A stretch of 64,000 nucleotides of DNA from assembly GCA_032718475.1 (NCBI GenBank), contig JAUCBJ010007214.1, forward strand, positions 62,001 through 126,000, in the 5' to 3' direction. This DNA comes from Nemertoderma westbladi. Its lineage: Eukaryota > Animalia > Xenacoelomorpha. A model generated the notes under the pieces. It searched no databases. It saw only the letters and a program-made list of their open reading frames with translations, and was not told where the DNA came from. Numbering within the stretch: the stretch's first letter is position 1; every line of letters begins with the position of its first letter. Shown here one piece after another: positions 35,915 through 49,594 of the stretch. Made by a program: the position numbers and the translations under genes.

Positions 35915-38900
35915 CCTTATTAGTGGACTGTTATTGTACCCGTGCTATTTGTGAGTTACCCTTATTAGTGGACTGTTATTGTGCCCGTGCTATTTGTGAG
36001 TTACCCTTATTAGTGGACTGTTATTGTGCCCGTGCTATTTGTGAGTTACCCTTATTAGTGGACTGTTATTGTGCCCGTGCTATTTGTGAGTTACCCTTAT
36101 TAGTGGACTGTTATTGTGCCCGTGCTATTTGTGAGTTACCCTTATTAGTTGACTGTTATTGTGCCCGTGCTATTTGTGAGTTGTCCTTATTAGTGGACTG
36201 TTATTGTGCCCGTGCTATTTGTGAGTTACCCTTATTAGTGGACTGTTATTGTGCCCGTGCTATTTGTGAGTTACCCTTATTAGTTGACTGTTATTGTGCC
36301 CGTGCTATTTGTGAGTTGTCCTTATTAGTGGACTGTTATTGTGCCCGTGCTATTTGTGAGTTACCCTTATTAGTTGACTGTTATTGTGCCCGTGCTATTT
36401 GTGAGTTACCCTTATTAGTGGACTGTTATTGTGCCCGTGCTATTTGTGAGTTACCCTTATTAGTGGACTGTTATTGTGCCCGTGCTATTTGTGAGTTACC
36501 CTTATTAGTGGACTGTTATTGTGCCCGTGCTATTTGTGAGTTACCCTTATTAGTGGACTGTTATTGTGCCCGTGCTATTTGTGAGTTACCCTTATTAGTG
36601 GACTGTTATTGTGCCCGTGCTATTTGTGAGTTACCCTTATTAGTGGACTGTTATTGTGCCCGTGCTATTTGTGAGTTACCCTTATTAGTGGACTGTTATT
36701 GTGCCCGTGCTATTTGTGAGTTACCCTTATTAGTGGACTGTTATTGTGCCCGTGCTATTTGTGAGTTACCCTTATTAGTGGACTGTTATTGTGCCCGTGC
36801 TATTTGTGAGTTACCCTTATTAGTGGACTGTTATTGTGCCCGTGCTATTTGTGAGTTACCCTTATTAGTGGACTGTTATTGTGCCCGTGCTATTTGTGAG
36901 TTACCCTTATTAGTGGACTGTTATTGTGCCCGTGCTATTTGTGAGTTACCCTTATTAGTGGACTGTTATTGTGCCCGTGCTATTTGTGAGTTACCCTTAT
37001 TAGTGGACTGTTATTGTGCCCGTGCTATTTGTGAGTTACCCTTATTAGTGGACTGTTATTGTGCCCGTGCTATTTGTGAGTTACCCTTATTAGTGGACTG
37101 TTATTGTGCCCGTGCTATTTGTGAGTTACCCTTATTAGTGGACTGTTATTGTGCCCGTGCTATTTGTGAGTTACCCTTATTAGTGGACTGTTATTGTGCC
37201 CGTGCTATTTGTGAGTTACCCTTATTAGTGGACTGTTATTGTGCCCGTGCTATTTGTGAGTTACCCTTATTAGTGGACTGTTATTGTGCCCGTGCTATTT
37301 GTGAGTTACCCTTATTAGTGGACTGTTATTGTGCCCGTGCTATTTGTGAGTTACCCTTATTAGTGGACTGTTATTGTGCCCGTGCTATTTGTGAGTTACC
37401 CTTATTAGTGGACTGTTATTGTGCCCGTGCTATTTGTGAGTTACCCTTATTAGTGGACTGTTATTGTGCCCGTGCTATTTGTGAGTTACCCTTATTAGTG
37501 GACTGTTATTGTGCCCGTGCTATTTGTGAGTTACCCTTATTAGTGGACTGTTATTGTGCCCGTGCTATTTGTGAGTTACCCTTATTAGTGGACTGTTATT
37601 GTGCCCGTGCTATTTGTGAGTTACCCTTATTAGTGGACTGTTATTGTGCCCGTGCTATTTGTGAGTTACCCTTATTAGTGGACTGTTATTGTGCCCGTGC
37701 TATTTGTGAGTTACCCTTATTAGTGGACTGTTATTGTGCCCGTGCTATTTGTGAGTTACCCTTATTAGTGGACTGTTATTGTGCCCGTGCTATTTGTGAG
37801 TTACCCTTATTAGTGGACTGTTATTGTGCCCGTGCTATTTGTGAGTTACCCTTATTAGTGGACTGTTATTGTGCCCGTGCTATTTGTGAGTTACCCTTAT
37901 TAGTGGACTGTTATTGTGCCCGTGCTATTTGTGAGTTACCCTTATTAGTGGACTGTTATTGTGCCCGTGCTATTTGTGAGTTACCCTTATTAGTGGACTG
38001 TTATTGTGCCCGTGCTATTTGTGAGTTACCCTTATTAGTGGACTGTTATTGTGCCCGTGCTATTTGTGAGTTACCCTTATTAGTGGACTGTTATTGTGCC
38101 CGTGCTATTTGTGAGTTACCCTTATTAGTGGACTGTTATTGTGCCCGTGCTATTTGTGAGTTACCCTTATTAGTGGACTGTTATTGTGCCCGTGCTATTT
38201 GTGAGTTACCCTTATTAGTGGACTGTTATTGTGCCCGTGCTATTTGTGAGTTACCCTTATTAGTGGACTGTTATTGTGCCCGTGCTATTTGTGAGTTACC
38301 CTTATTAGTGGACTGTTATTGTGCCCGTGCTATTTGTGAGTTACCCTTATTAGTGGACTGTTATTGTGCCCGTGCTATTTGTGAGTTACCCTTATTAGTG
38401 GACTGTTATTGTGCCCGTGCTATTTGTGAGTTACCCTTATTAGTGGACTGTTATTGTGCCCGTGCTATTTGTGAGTTACCCTTATTAGTGGACTGTTATT
38501 GTGCCCGTGCTATTTGTGAGTTACCCTTATTAGTGGACTGTTATTGTGCCCGTGCTATTTGTGAGTTACCCTTATTAGTGGACTGTTATTGTGCCCGTGC
38601 TATTTGTGAGTTACCCTTATTAGTGGACTGTTATTGTGCCCGTGCTATTTGTGAGTTACCCTTATTAGTGGACTGTTATTGTGCCCGTGCTATTTGTGAG
38701 TTACCCTTATTAGTGGACTGTTATTGTGCCCGTGCTATTTGTGAGTTACCCTTATTAGTGGACTGTTATTGTGCCCGTGCTATTTGTGAGTTACCCTTAT
38801 TAGTGGACTGTTATTGTGCCCGTGCTATTTGTGAGTTACCCTTATTAGTGGACTGTTATTGTGCCCGTGCTATTTGTGAGTTACCCTTATTAGTGGACTG

Positions 38901-41900
38901 TTATTGTGCCCGTGCTATTTGTGAGTTACCCTTATTAGTGGACTGTTATTGTGCCCGTGCTATTTGTGAGTTACCCTTATTAGTGGACTGTTATTGTGCC
39001 CGTGCTATTTGTGAGTTACCCTTATTAGTGGACTGTTATTGTGCCCGTGCTATTTGTGAGTTACCCTTATTAGTGGACTGTTATTGTGCCCGTGCTATTT
39101 GTGAGTTACCCTTATTAGTGGACTGTTATTGTGCCCGTGCTATTTGTGAGTTACCCTTATTAGTGGACTGTTATTGTGCCCGTGCTATTTGTGAGTTACC
39201 CTTATTAGTGGACTGTTATTGTGCCCGTGCTATTTGTGAGTTACCCTTATTAGTGGACTGTTATTGTGCCCGTGCTATTTGTGAGTTACCCTTATTAGTG
39301 GACTGTTATTGTGCCCGTGCTATTTGTGAGTTACCCTTATTAGTGGACTGTTATTGTGCCCGTGCTATTTGTGAGTTACCCTTATTAGTGGACTGTTATT
39401 GTGCCCGTGCTATTTGTGAGTTACCCTTATTAGTGGACTGTTATTGTGCCCGTGCTATTTGTGAGTTACCCTTATTAGTGGACTGTTATTGTGCCCGTGC
39501 TATTTGTGAGTTACCCTTATTAGTGGACTGTTATTGTGCCCGTGCTATTTGTGAGTTACCCTTATTAGTGGACTGTTATTGTGCCCGTGCTATTTGTGAG
39601 TTACCCTTATTAGTGGACTGTTATTGTGCCCGTGCTATTTGTGAGTTACCCTTATTAGTGGACTGTTATTGTGCCCGTGCTATTTGTGAGTTACCCTTAT
39701 TAGTGGACTGTTATTGTGCCCGTGCTATTTGTGAGTTACCCTTATTAGTGGACTGTTATTGTGCCCGTGCTATTTGTGAGTTACCCTTATTAGTGGACTG
39801 TTATTGTGCCCGTGCTATTTGTGAGTTACCCTTATTAGTGGACTGTTATTGTGCCCGTGCTATTTGTGAGTTACCCTTATTAGTGGACTGTTATTGTGCC
39901 CGTGCTATTTGTGAGTTACCCTTATTAGTGGACTGTTATTGTGCCCGTGCTATTTGTGAGTTACCCTTATTAGTGGACTGTTATTGTGCCCGTGCTATTT
40001 GTGAGTTACCCTTATTAGTGGACTGTTATTGTGCCCGTGCTATTTGTGAGTTACCCTTATTAGTGGACTGTTATTGTGCCCGTGCTATTTGTGAGTTACC
40101 CTTATTAGTGGACTGTTATTGTGCCCGTGCTATTTGTGAGTTACCCTTATTAGTGGACTGTTATTGTGCCCGTGCTATTTGTGAGTTACCCTTATTAGTG
40201 GACTGTTATTGTGCCCGTGCTATTTGTGAGTTACCCTTATTAGTGGACTGTTATTGTGCCCGTGCTATTTGTGAGTTACCCTTATTAGTGGACTGTTATT
40301 GTGCCCGTGCTATTTGTGAGTTACCCTTATTAGTGGACTGTTATTGTGCCCGTGCTATTTGTGAGTTACCCTTATTAGTGGACTGTTATTGTGCCCGTGC
40401 TATTTGTGAGTTACCCTTATTAGTGGACTGTTATTGTGCCCGTGCTATTTGTGAGTTACCCTTATTAGTGGACTGTTATTGTGCCCGTGCTATTTGTGAG
40501 TTACCCTTATTAGTGGACTGTTATTGTGCCCGTGCTATTTGTGAGTTACCCTTATTAGTGGACTGTTATTGTGCCCGTGCTATTTGTGAGTTACCCTTAT
40601 TAGTGGACTGTTATTGTGCCCGTGCTATTTGTGAGTTACCCTTATTAGTGGACTGTTATTGTGCCCGTGCTATTTGTGAGTTACCCTTATTAGTGGACTG
40701 TTATTGTGCCCGTGCTATTTGTGAGTTACCCTTATTAGTGGACTGTTATTGTGCCCGTGCTATTTGTGAGTTACCCTTATTAGTGGACTGTTATTGTGCC
40801 CGTGCTATTTGTGAGTTACCCTTATTAGTGGACTGTTATTGTGCCCGTGCTATTTGTGAGTTACCCTTATTAGTGGACTGTTATTGTGCCCGTGCTATTT
40901 GTGAGTTACCCTTATTAGTGGACTGTTATTGTGCCCGTGCTATTTGTGAGTTACCCTTATTAGTGGACTGTTATTGTGCCCGTGCTATTTGTGAGTTACC
41001 CTTATTAGTGGACTGTTATTGTGCCCGTGCTATTTGTGAGTTACCCTTATTAGTGGACTGTTATTGTGCCCGTGCTATTTGTGAGTTACCCTTATTAGTG
41101 GACTGTTATTGTGCCCGTGCTATTTGTGAGTTACCCTTATTAGTGGACTGTTATTGTGCCCGTGCTATTTGTGAGTTACCCTTATTAGTGGACTGTTATT
41201 GTGCCCGTGCTATTTGTGAGTTACCCTTATTAGTGGACTGTTATTGTGCCCGTGCTATTTGTGAGTTACCCTTATTAGTGGACTGTTATTGTGCCCGTGC
41301 TATTTGTGAGTTACCCTTATTAGTGGACTGTTATTGTGCCCGTGCTATTTGTGAGTTACCCTTATTAGTGGACTGTTATTGTGCCCGTGCTATTTGTGAG
41401 TTACCCTTATTAGTGACTGTTATTGTGCCCGTGCTATTTGTGAGTTACCCTTATTAGTGGACTGTTATTGTGCCCGTGCTATTTGTGAGTTACCCTTATT
41501 AGTTGATTGTTATTGTGCCCGTGCTATTTGTGAGTTATCCTTATTAGTGGACTGTTATTGTGCCCGTGCTATTTGTGAGTTACCCTTATTAGTGGACTGT
41601 TATTGTGCCCGTGCTATTTGTGAGTTACCCTTATTAGTGGACTGTTATTGTGCCCGTGCTATTTGTGAGTTACCCTTATTAGTGGACTGTTATTGTGCCC
41701 GTGCTATTTGTGAGTTACCCTTATTAGTTGATTGTTATTGTGCCCGTGCTATTTGTGAGTTATCCTTATTAGTGGACTGTTATTGTGCCCGTGCTATTTG
41801 TGAGTTACCCTTATTAGTTGACTTGTTATTGTGCCCGTGCTATTTGTGAGTTATCCTTATTAGTGGACTGTTATTGTGCCCGTGCTATTTGTGAGTTACC

Positions 41901-44900
41901 CTTATTAGTGGACTGTTATTGTGCCCGTGCTATTTGTGAGTTACCCTTATTAGTGGACTGTTATTGTGCCCGTGCTATTTGTGAGTTACCCTTATTAGTT
42001 GATTGTTATTGTGCCCGTGCTATTTGTGAGTTATCCTTATTAGTGGACTGTTATTGTGCCCGTGCTATTTGTGAGTTATCCTTATTAGTTGATTGTTATT
42101 GTGCCCGTGCTATTTGTGAGTTATCCTTATTAGTTGATTGTTATTGTGCCCGTGCTATTTGTGAGTTATCCTTATTAGTGGACTGTTATTGTGCCCGTGC
42201 TATTTGTGAGTTACCCTTATTAGTGGACTGTTATTGTGCCCGTGCTATTTGTGAGTTACCCTTATTAGTGGACTGTTATTGTGCCCGTGCTATTTGTGAG
42301 TTACCCTTATTAGTTGATTGTTATTGTGCCCGTGCTATTTGTGAGTTATCCTTATTAGTGGACTGTTATTGTGCCCGTGCTATTTGTGAGTTATCCTTAT
42401 TAGTTGATTGTTATTGTGCCCGTGCTATTTGTGAGTTGTCCTTATTAGTGGACTGTTATTGTGCCCGTGCTATTTGTGAGTTACCCTTATTAGTGGACTG
42501 TTATTGTGCCCGTGCTATTTGTGAGTTACCCTTATTAGTTGATTGTTATTGTGCCCGTGCTATTTGTGAGTTACCCTTATTAGTGGACTGTTATTGTGCC
42601 CGTGCTATTTGTGAGTTACCCTTATTAGTTGATTGTTATTGTGCCCGTGCTATTTGTGAGTTATCCTTATTAGTGGACTGTTATTGTGCCCGTGCTATTT
42701 GTGAGTTACCCTTATTAGTGGACTGTTATTGTGCCCGTGCTATTTGTGAGTTACCCTTATTAGTGGACTGTTATTGTGCCCGTGCTATTTGTGAGTTACC
42801 CTTATTAGTGGACTGTTATTGTGCCCGTGCTATTTGTGAGTTACCCTTATTAGTTGATTGTTATTGTGCCCGTGCTATTTGTGAGTTATCCTTATTAGTG
42901 GACTGTTATTGTGCCCGTGCTATTTGTGAGTTACCCTTATTAGTTGATTGTTATTGTGCCCGTGCTATTTGTGAGTTATCCTTATTAGTGGACTGTTATT
43001 GTGCCCGTGTTATTTGTGAGTTACCCTTATTAGTGGACTGTTATTGTGCCCGTGCTATTTGTGAGTTACCCTTATTAGTGGACTGTTATTGTGCCCGTGC
43101 TATTTGTGAGTTACCCTTATTAGTGGACTGTTATTGTGCCCGTGCTATTTGTGAGTTACCCTTATTAGTTGATTGTTATTGTGCCCGTGCTATTTGTGAG
43201 TTATCCTTATTAGTGGACTGTTATTGTGCCCGTGCTATTTGTGAGTTACCCTTATTAGTGGACTGTTATTGTGCCCGTGCTATTTGTGAGTTACCCTTAT
43301 TAGTGGACTGTTATTGTGCCCGTGCTATTTGTGAGTTACCCTTATTAGTGGACTGTTATTGTGCCCGTGCTATTTGTGAGTTACCCTTATTAGTTGATTG
43401 TTATTGTGCCCGTGCTATTTGTGAGTTATCCTTATTAGTGGACTGTTATTGTGCCCGTGCTATTTGTGAGTTACCCTTATTAGTGGACTGTTATTGTGCC
43501 CGTGCTATTTGTGAGTTACCCTTATTAGTGGACTGTTATTGTGCCCGTGCTATTTGTGAGTTACCCTTATTAGTGGACTGTTATTGTGCCCGTGCTATTT
43601 GTGAGTTACCCTTATTAGTTGATTGTTATTGTGCCCGTGCTATTTGTGAGTTATCCTTATTAGTGGACTGTTATTGTGCCCGTGCTATTTGTGAGTTACC
43701 CTTATTAGTTGATTGTTATTGTGCCCGTGCTATTTGTGAGTTATCCTTATTAGTGGACTGTTATTGTGCCCGTGCTATTTGTGAGTTACCCTTATTAGTG
43801 GACTGTTATTGTGCCCGTGCTATTTGTGAGTTACCCTTATTAGTGGACTGTTATTGTGCCCGTGCTATTTGTGAGTTACCCTTATTAGTGGACTGTTATT
43901 GTGCCCGTGCTATTTGTGAGTTACCCTTATTAGTGGACTGTTATTGTGCCCGTGCTATTTGTGAGTTACCATTATTAGTTGATTGTTATTGTGCCCGTGC
44001 TATTTGTGAGTTATCCTTATTAGTGGACTGTTATTGTGCCCGTGCTATTTGTGAGTCACCCTTATTAGTTGATTGTTATTGTGCCCGTGCTATTTGTGAG
44101 TTATCCTTATTAGTGGACTGTTATTGTGCCCGTGCTATTTGTGAGTTACCCTTATTAGTGGACTGTTATTGTGCCCGTGCTATTTGTGAGTTACCCTTAT
44201 TAGTGGACTGTTATTGTGCCCGTGCTATTTGTGAGTTACCCTTATTAGTGGACTGTTATTGTGCCCGTGCTATTTGTGAGTTACCCTTATTAGTTGATTG
44301 TTATTGTGCCCGTGCTATTTGTGAGTTATCCTTATTAGTGGACTGTTATTGTGCCCGTGTTATTTGTGAGTTATCCTTATTAGTTGATTGTTATTGTGCC
44401 CGTGCTATTTGTGAGTTGTCCTTATTAGTGGACTGTTATTGTGCCCGTGCTATTTGTGAGTTACCCTTATTAGTGGACTGTTATTGTGCCCGTGCTATTT
44501 GTGAGTTACCCTTATTAGTTGATTGTTATTGTGCCCGTGCTATTTGTGAGTTACCCTTATTAGTGGACTGTTATTGTGCCCGTGCTATTTGTGAGTTACC
44601 CTTATTAGTTGATTGTTATTGTGCCCGTGCTATTTGTGAGTTATCCTTATTAGTGGACTGTTATTGTGCCCGTGCTATTTGTGAGTTACCCTTATTAGTG
44701 GACTGTTATTGTGCCCGTGCTATTTGTGAGTTACCCTTATTAGTGGACTGTTATTGTGCCCGTGCTATTTGTGAGTTACCCTTATTAGTGGACTGTTATT
44801 GTGCCCGTGCTATTTGTGAGTTACCCTTATTAGTTGATTGTTATTGTGCCCGTGCTATTTGTGAGTTATCCTTATTAGTGGACTGTTATTGTGCCCGTGC

Positions 44901-47240
44901 TATTTGTGAGTTACCCTTATTAGTTGATTGTTATTGTGCCCGTGCTATTTGTGAGTTATCCTTATTAGTGGACTGTTATTGTGCCCGTGCTATTTGTGAG
45001 TTACCCTTATTAGTGGACTGTTATTGTGCCCGTGCTATTTGTGAGTTACCCTTATTAGTGGACTGTTATTGTGCCCGTGCTATTTGTGAGTTACCCTTAT
45101 TAGTGGACTGTTATTGTGCCCGTGCTATTTGTGAGTTACCCTTATTAGTTGATTGTTATTGTGCCCGTGCTATTTGTGAGTTATCCTTATTAGTGGACTG
45201 TTATTGTGCCCGTGCTATTTGTGAGTTACCCTTATTAGTGGACTGTTATTGTGCCCGTGCTATTTGTGAGTTACCCTTATTAGTGGACTGTTATTGTGCC
45301 CGTGCTATTTGTGAGTTACCCTTATTAGTGGACTGTTATTGTGCCCGTGCTATTTGTGAGTTACCCTTATTAGTGGACTGTTATTGTGCCCGTGACATTT
45401 GTGAGTTACCCTTATTAGTGGACTGTTATTGTGCCCGTGCTATTTGTGAGTTACCCTTATTAGTGGACTCTTATTGTGCCCGTGCTATTTGTGAGTTACC
45501 CTTATTAGTGGACTGTTATTGTGCCCGTGCTATTTGTGAGTTACCCTTATTAGTGGACTGTTATTGTGCCCGTGCTATTTGTGAGTTATCCTTATTAGTG
45601 GACTGTTATTGTGCCCGTGCTATTTGTGAGTTACCCTTATTAGTGGACTGTTATTGTGCCCGTGCTATTTGTGAGTTATCCTTATTAGTGGACTGTTATT
45701 GTGCCCGTGCTATTTGTGAGTTACCCTTATTAGTGGACTGTTATTGTGCCCGTGCTATTTGTGAGTTACCCTTATTAGTGGACTGTTATTGTGCCCGTGC
45801 TATTTGTGAGTTACCCTTATTAGTGGACTGTTATTGTGCCCGTGCTATTTGTGAGTTACCCTTATTAGTGGACTGTTATTGTGCCCGTGCTATTTGTGAG
45901 TTACCCTTATTAGTGGACTGTTATTGTGCCCGTGCTATTTGTGAGTTACCCTTATTAGTGGACTGTTATTGTGCCCGTGCTATTTGTGAGTTACCCTTAT
46001 TAGTGGACTGTTATTGTGCCCGTGCTATTTGTGAGTTACCCTTATTAGTGGACTGTTATTGTGCCCGTGCTATTTGTGAGTTACCCTTATTAGTGGACTG
46101 TTATTGTGCCCGTGCTATTTGTGAGTTACCCTTATTAGTGGACTGTTATTGTGCCCGTGCTATTTGTGAGTTACCCTTATTAGTGGACTGTTATTGTGCC
46201 CGTGCTATTTGTGAGTTGTCCTTATTAGTTGATTGTTATTGTGCCCGTGCTATTTGTGAGTTACCCTTATTAGTGGACTGTTATTGTGCCCGTGCTATTT
46301 GTGAGTTACCCTTATTAGTGGACTGTTATTGTGCCCGTGCTATTTGTGAGTTGTCCTTATTAGTTGATTGTTATTGTGCCCGTGCTATTTGTGAGTTACC
46401 CTTATTAGTGGACTGTTATTGTGCCCGTGCTATTTGTGAGTTGTCCTTATTAGTTGATTGTTATTGTACCCGTGCTATTTGTGAGTTACCCTTATTAGTG
46501 GACTGTTATTGTGCCCGTGCTATTTGTGAGTTACCCTTATTAGTGGACTGTTATTGTGCCCGTGCTATTTGTGAGTTACCCTTATTAGTGGACTGTTATT
46601 GTGCCCGTGCTATTTGTGAGTTACCCGTATTAGTTGATTGTTATTGTGCCCGTGCTATTTGTGAGTTGTCCTTATTAGTTGATTGTTATTGTACCCGTGC
46701 TATTTGTGAGTTACCCTTATTAGTGGATTGTTATTGTGCCCGTGCTATTTGTGAGTTACCCTTATTAGTGGACTGTTATTGTGCCCGTGCTATTTGTGAG
46801 TTGTCCTTATTAGTTGATTGTTATTGTACCCGTGCTATTTGTGAGTTACCCTTATTAGTGGATTGTTATTGTGCCCGTGCTATTTGTGAGTTACCCTTAT
46901 TAGTGGACTGTTATTGTGCCCGTGCTATTTGTGAGTTGTCCTTATTAGTTGATTGTTATTGTACCCGTGCTATTTGTGAGTTACCCTTATTAGTGGATTG
47001 TTATTGTGCCCGTGCTATTTGTGAGTTACCCTTATTAGTGGACTGTTATTGTGCCCGTGCTATTTGTGAGTTGTCCTTATTAGTTGATTGTTATTGTACC
47101 CGTGCTATTTGTGAGTTACCCTTATTAGTGGATTGTTATTGTGCCCGTGCTATTTGTGAGTTACCCTTATTAGTGGACTGTTATTGTGCCCGTGCTATTT
47201 GTGAGTTGTCCTTATTAGTTGATTGTTATTGTGCCCGTGC
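35915..47240. repeat. 45-bp satellite, ~250 copies (ccttattagtggactgttattgtgcccgtgctatttgtgagttac)
   Basis: Uniform core at ~36380-41410, variant-bearing flanks. Confidence 0.98.
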
Positions 47241-47391
47241 AATGTAATAGTTGTATTTTTTTTATTATTATTTTCATTCAATATTTGGTTGCTCCTTTTT
47301 ATTTGGCTTTCTATAAAGGTCAGTTAGTGTTCGTGATGGCTTGTTTTATGTGGAGGGCTGGTGAAGTACAAATAGAACCCTGTTGTTTACG

Positions 47392-47440
47392 CTGGGACCG
47401 GGATTCGAACCAGGACCTCTCAGGACCGTATCACATGGTA
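47392..47440 (-). repeat. tRNA-derived (SINE-like) fragment
   Basis: Minus strand reads GAGGTCCTGGTTCGAATCCCGGTCCCAGC (B box / T-arm). No complete cloverleaf. Confidence 0.4.
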
Positions 47441-47668
47441 GCATTCCAATCAAACAGCTTCATACCGACCCGCATGGTCCTATATAAACCTCTCGTTGTT
47501 ATCCAACTTCAATTGAAATTAAATATATTTTAATCAAACATACAATTTATTTTGAAATAAAAAATATATTAATAAATACTTTAGATGAACTCAAGTACAA
47601 CAATAATAATAATTAGGAGTATGACAGTATCTTTGAGCAAACGAATTCGGTATATAACTCATCTCATA

Positions 47669-49365
47669 TCAACTAGTCTCTTCCTCTGTATCTTTCGATT
47701 TGACTCGCTTTTTATGCCGAATATCGTTGAGAGTTTGTTCGATGCTGCGTTGGTCCCGTTTCCTATGGGAACTCACCAGCCCATAGGATTGGTTGGCCAC
47801 TGCGGCTATAGCCTCCTCGCTATTGGTTCCCAGGAGGTGGGTGTACTTGGATATGTAACGTTTCTCAGCGGGGGGCTGGGTAACCACACCGGTGGGGGAC
47901 CCGTCTCCTGTACGGGAGGTCTGCTCTCTTTGGGAACTAGTCGAGGGGTTGTACACTTCTCCGCGTCTAAACAAAAATATTGGAGATGAATATTTACAAC
48001 TTCATCTTAAATGAAGTCTGCCATCGTGTGATAACAGATGTACTCGTGTCACTGAGAGCAGATGAACCGAGCAGTATGACGATACTTTATATCCCGCTAA
48101 TAACGTATCTCTCGGGAGATAAAGATCAATCCTTAATCTTGCAGGGGAACAGACCGAAAAACAATGTACCAAGGATTCTGGCAGTAACAAACCTGAGGGC
48201 AGCTAATTCCGTGTCACATGGAAGAAATTCCTTTTTGAACATCAAAACATACTTTTCTGTTTCTTCTTCGCAACATGATTGGCTGTTAAGTCCGGCGATA
48301 TCGGCTGCTTCGTGGGCCATAACCCGACCTGTCTGGTGGAAATTAGTAAACAAATTACTACATAGAAACAAGAAACATTGTTATATTAAATATAAGTAAA
48401 TTACAAGTAATAAAAAAACAAATTAAATTATAAAAACTAAAAAGGTAAACAAATTTAACGTCCATTTCCCGATCAGAAAACATCATATGGATTGGATAAA
48501 ATGTTTCCCGGCTAAATCTTAAAATCACTTCTACTGAACTGTAGTGTATTAATCACTACCTCGGCGAATTGTCAATGTCTTCAATTAATAGAAAGAAGGA
48601 GCAGGTTTACATGGCAACGTTATTCTATATACACAAAACAATAGAACAGGGTACAGTTTATTTTGTTTTGGGAGTAATCAGCTGTTAATTGAATCAATTA
48701 TATCTTGGGGAATGTGTTATTTGATTTAACTGCTCCAAGTTTCCAGTTCAAGAATTTAAACGGCTTCAATAATTCTGGAAAAAATGAAGTTTAACTTAAC
48801 AGTCTAACTGCTACAACTGAACTACAACTTGTTAGGCCACTAAATCAATAACATACTGGATTAGGCTTATTAGGCTAAATACTCACTTTATCCATGGGTT
48901 CGAGTTTCAGACGTTCCAATGTTGGGTCGTTTAGGAACTCAGTGATGGATTTCTGTATTTTTCTACGTATGACGGACAAGTTTGCTTTCTCGAGTTTATC
49001 TTTCTCTTTCGCTGCGGCGCGAAGCTTCCGTTCCTGGAATTAATAGAAACATTAATTACGGTATTCTGTAATTAGAGACTCTACACTGTGTGCTGATATA
49101 CAGAGCAGGAGCATTCATGGACTACTACCGGTAAGAGTAATTAAAAACGATTACAGGATTAGGCCCACCTACTGGACTCGGACTGGTGTAAGACTACGAC
49201 TGAAATACAGAAATAGGTCTTCACATTTACAGTTACCGGTAGGTAAGTTTAAGTTAGCTTGTGAAATATTTTAATGAATAAATCACTAAATGTGACTCTA
49301 ACCTTTGGCGTAAGTGACGGAGGTTTATCCATTTGTCCTAAAATAGATCCAAGAAGGTCGGCCAT
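47669..49365 (-). CDS. SPAG7: Sperm-associated antigen 7 homolog (R3H domain), 215 aa; exons 49365-49303, 49033-48887, 48332-48193, 47966-47669
   Basis: Spliced translation MADLLGSILGQMDKPPSL...EPMDK TGRVMAHEAADIAGL...YVLMFKKEFLP...RRGE...KYTHLLG...YGLV...KRDQRSIEQTLNDIRHKKR matches SPAG7 along its whole length, as I recall that protein. All introns are GT-AG and in phase, and the RxxxH motif is intact. Confidence 0.93.
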
Positions 49366-49594
49366 AATCTCGGATCTGCTTGTTTGGGCAGTCTGAGAGT
49401 GAGAATACCAACCAAGAATACAGCTACGGTATTACCTATCCTATAGTTCAGTAGTTGTTTTATTGTGAATTGTTATTAGATCTGTAGGTAGATGTTGGCA
49501 ATTAGCAGATTAGGCCTACCTGCTTTGCACCGGCACCAGTACAGCAGTACTGCTAGCAGTACTGTTTCAGTGACGCAATGCAGAGTGCAGACAA

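Noticed and set aside
35923-47247. 1844-aa and 1809-aa Cys-rich ORFs (VDCYCARAICELPLL)n
   Set aside because: A by-product of a 45-bp unit that lacks a stop in one frame. There is no ATG start or unique domain, and 1-bp indels break the frame.
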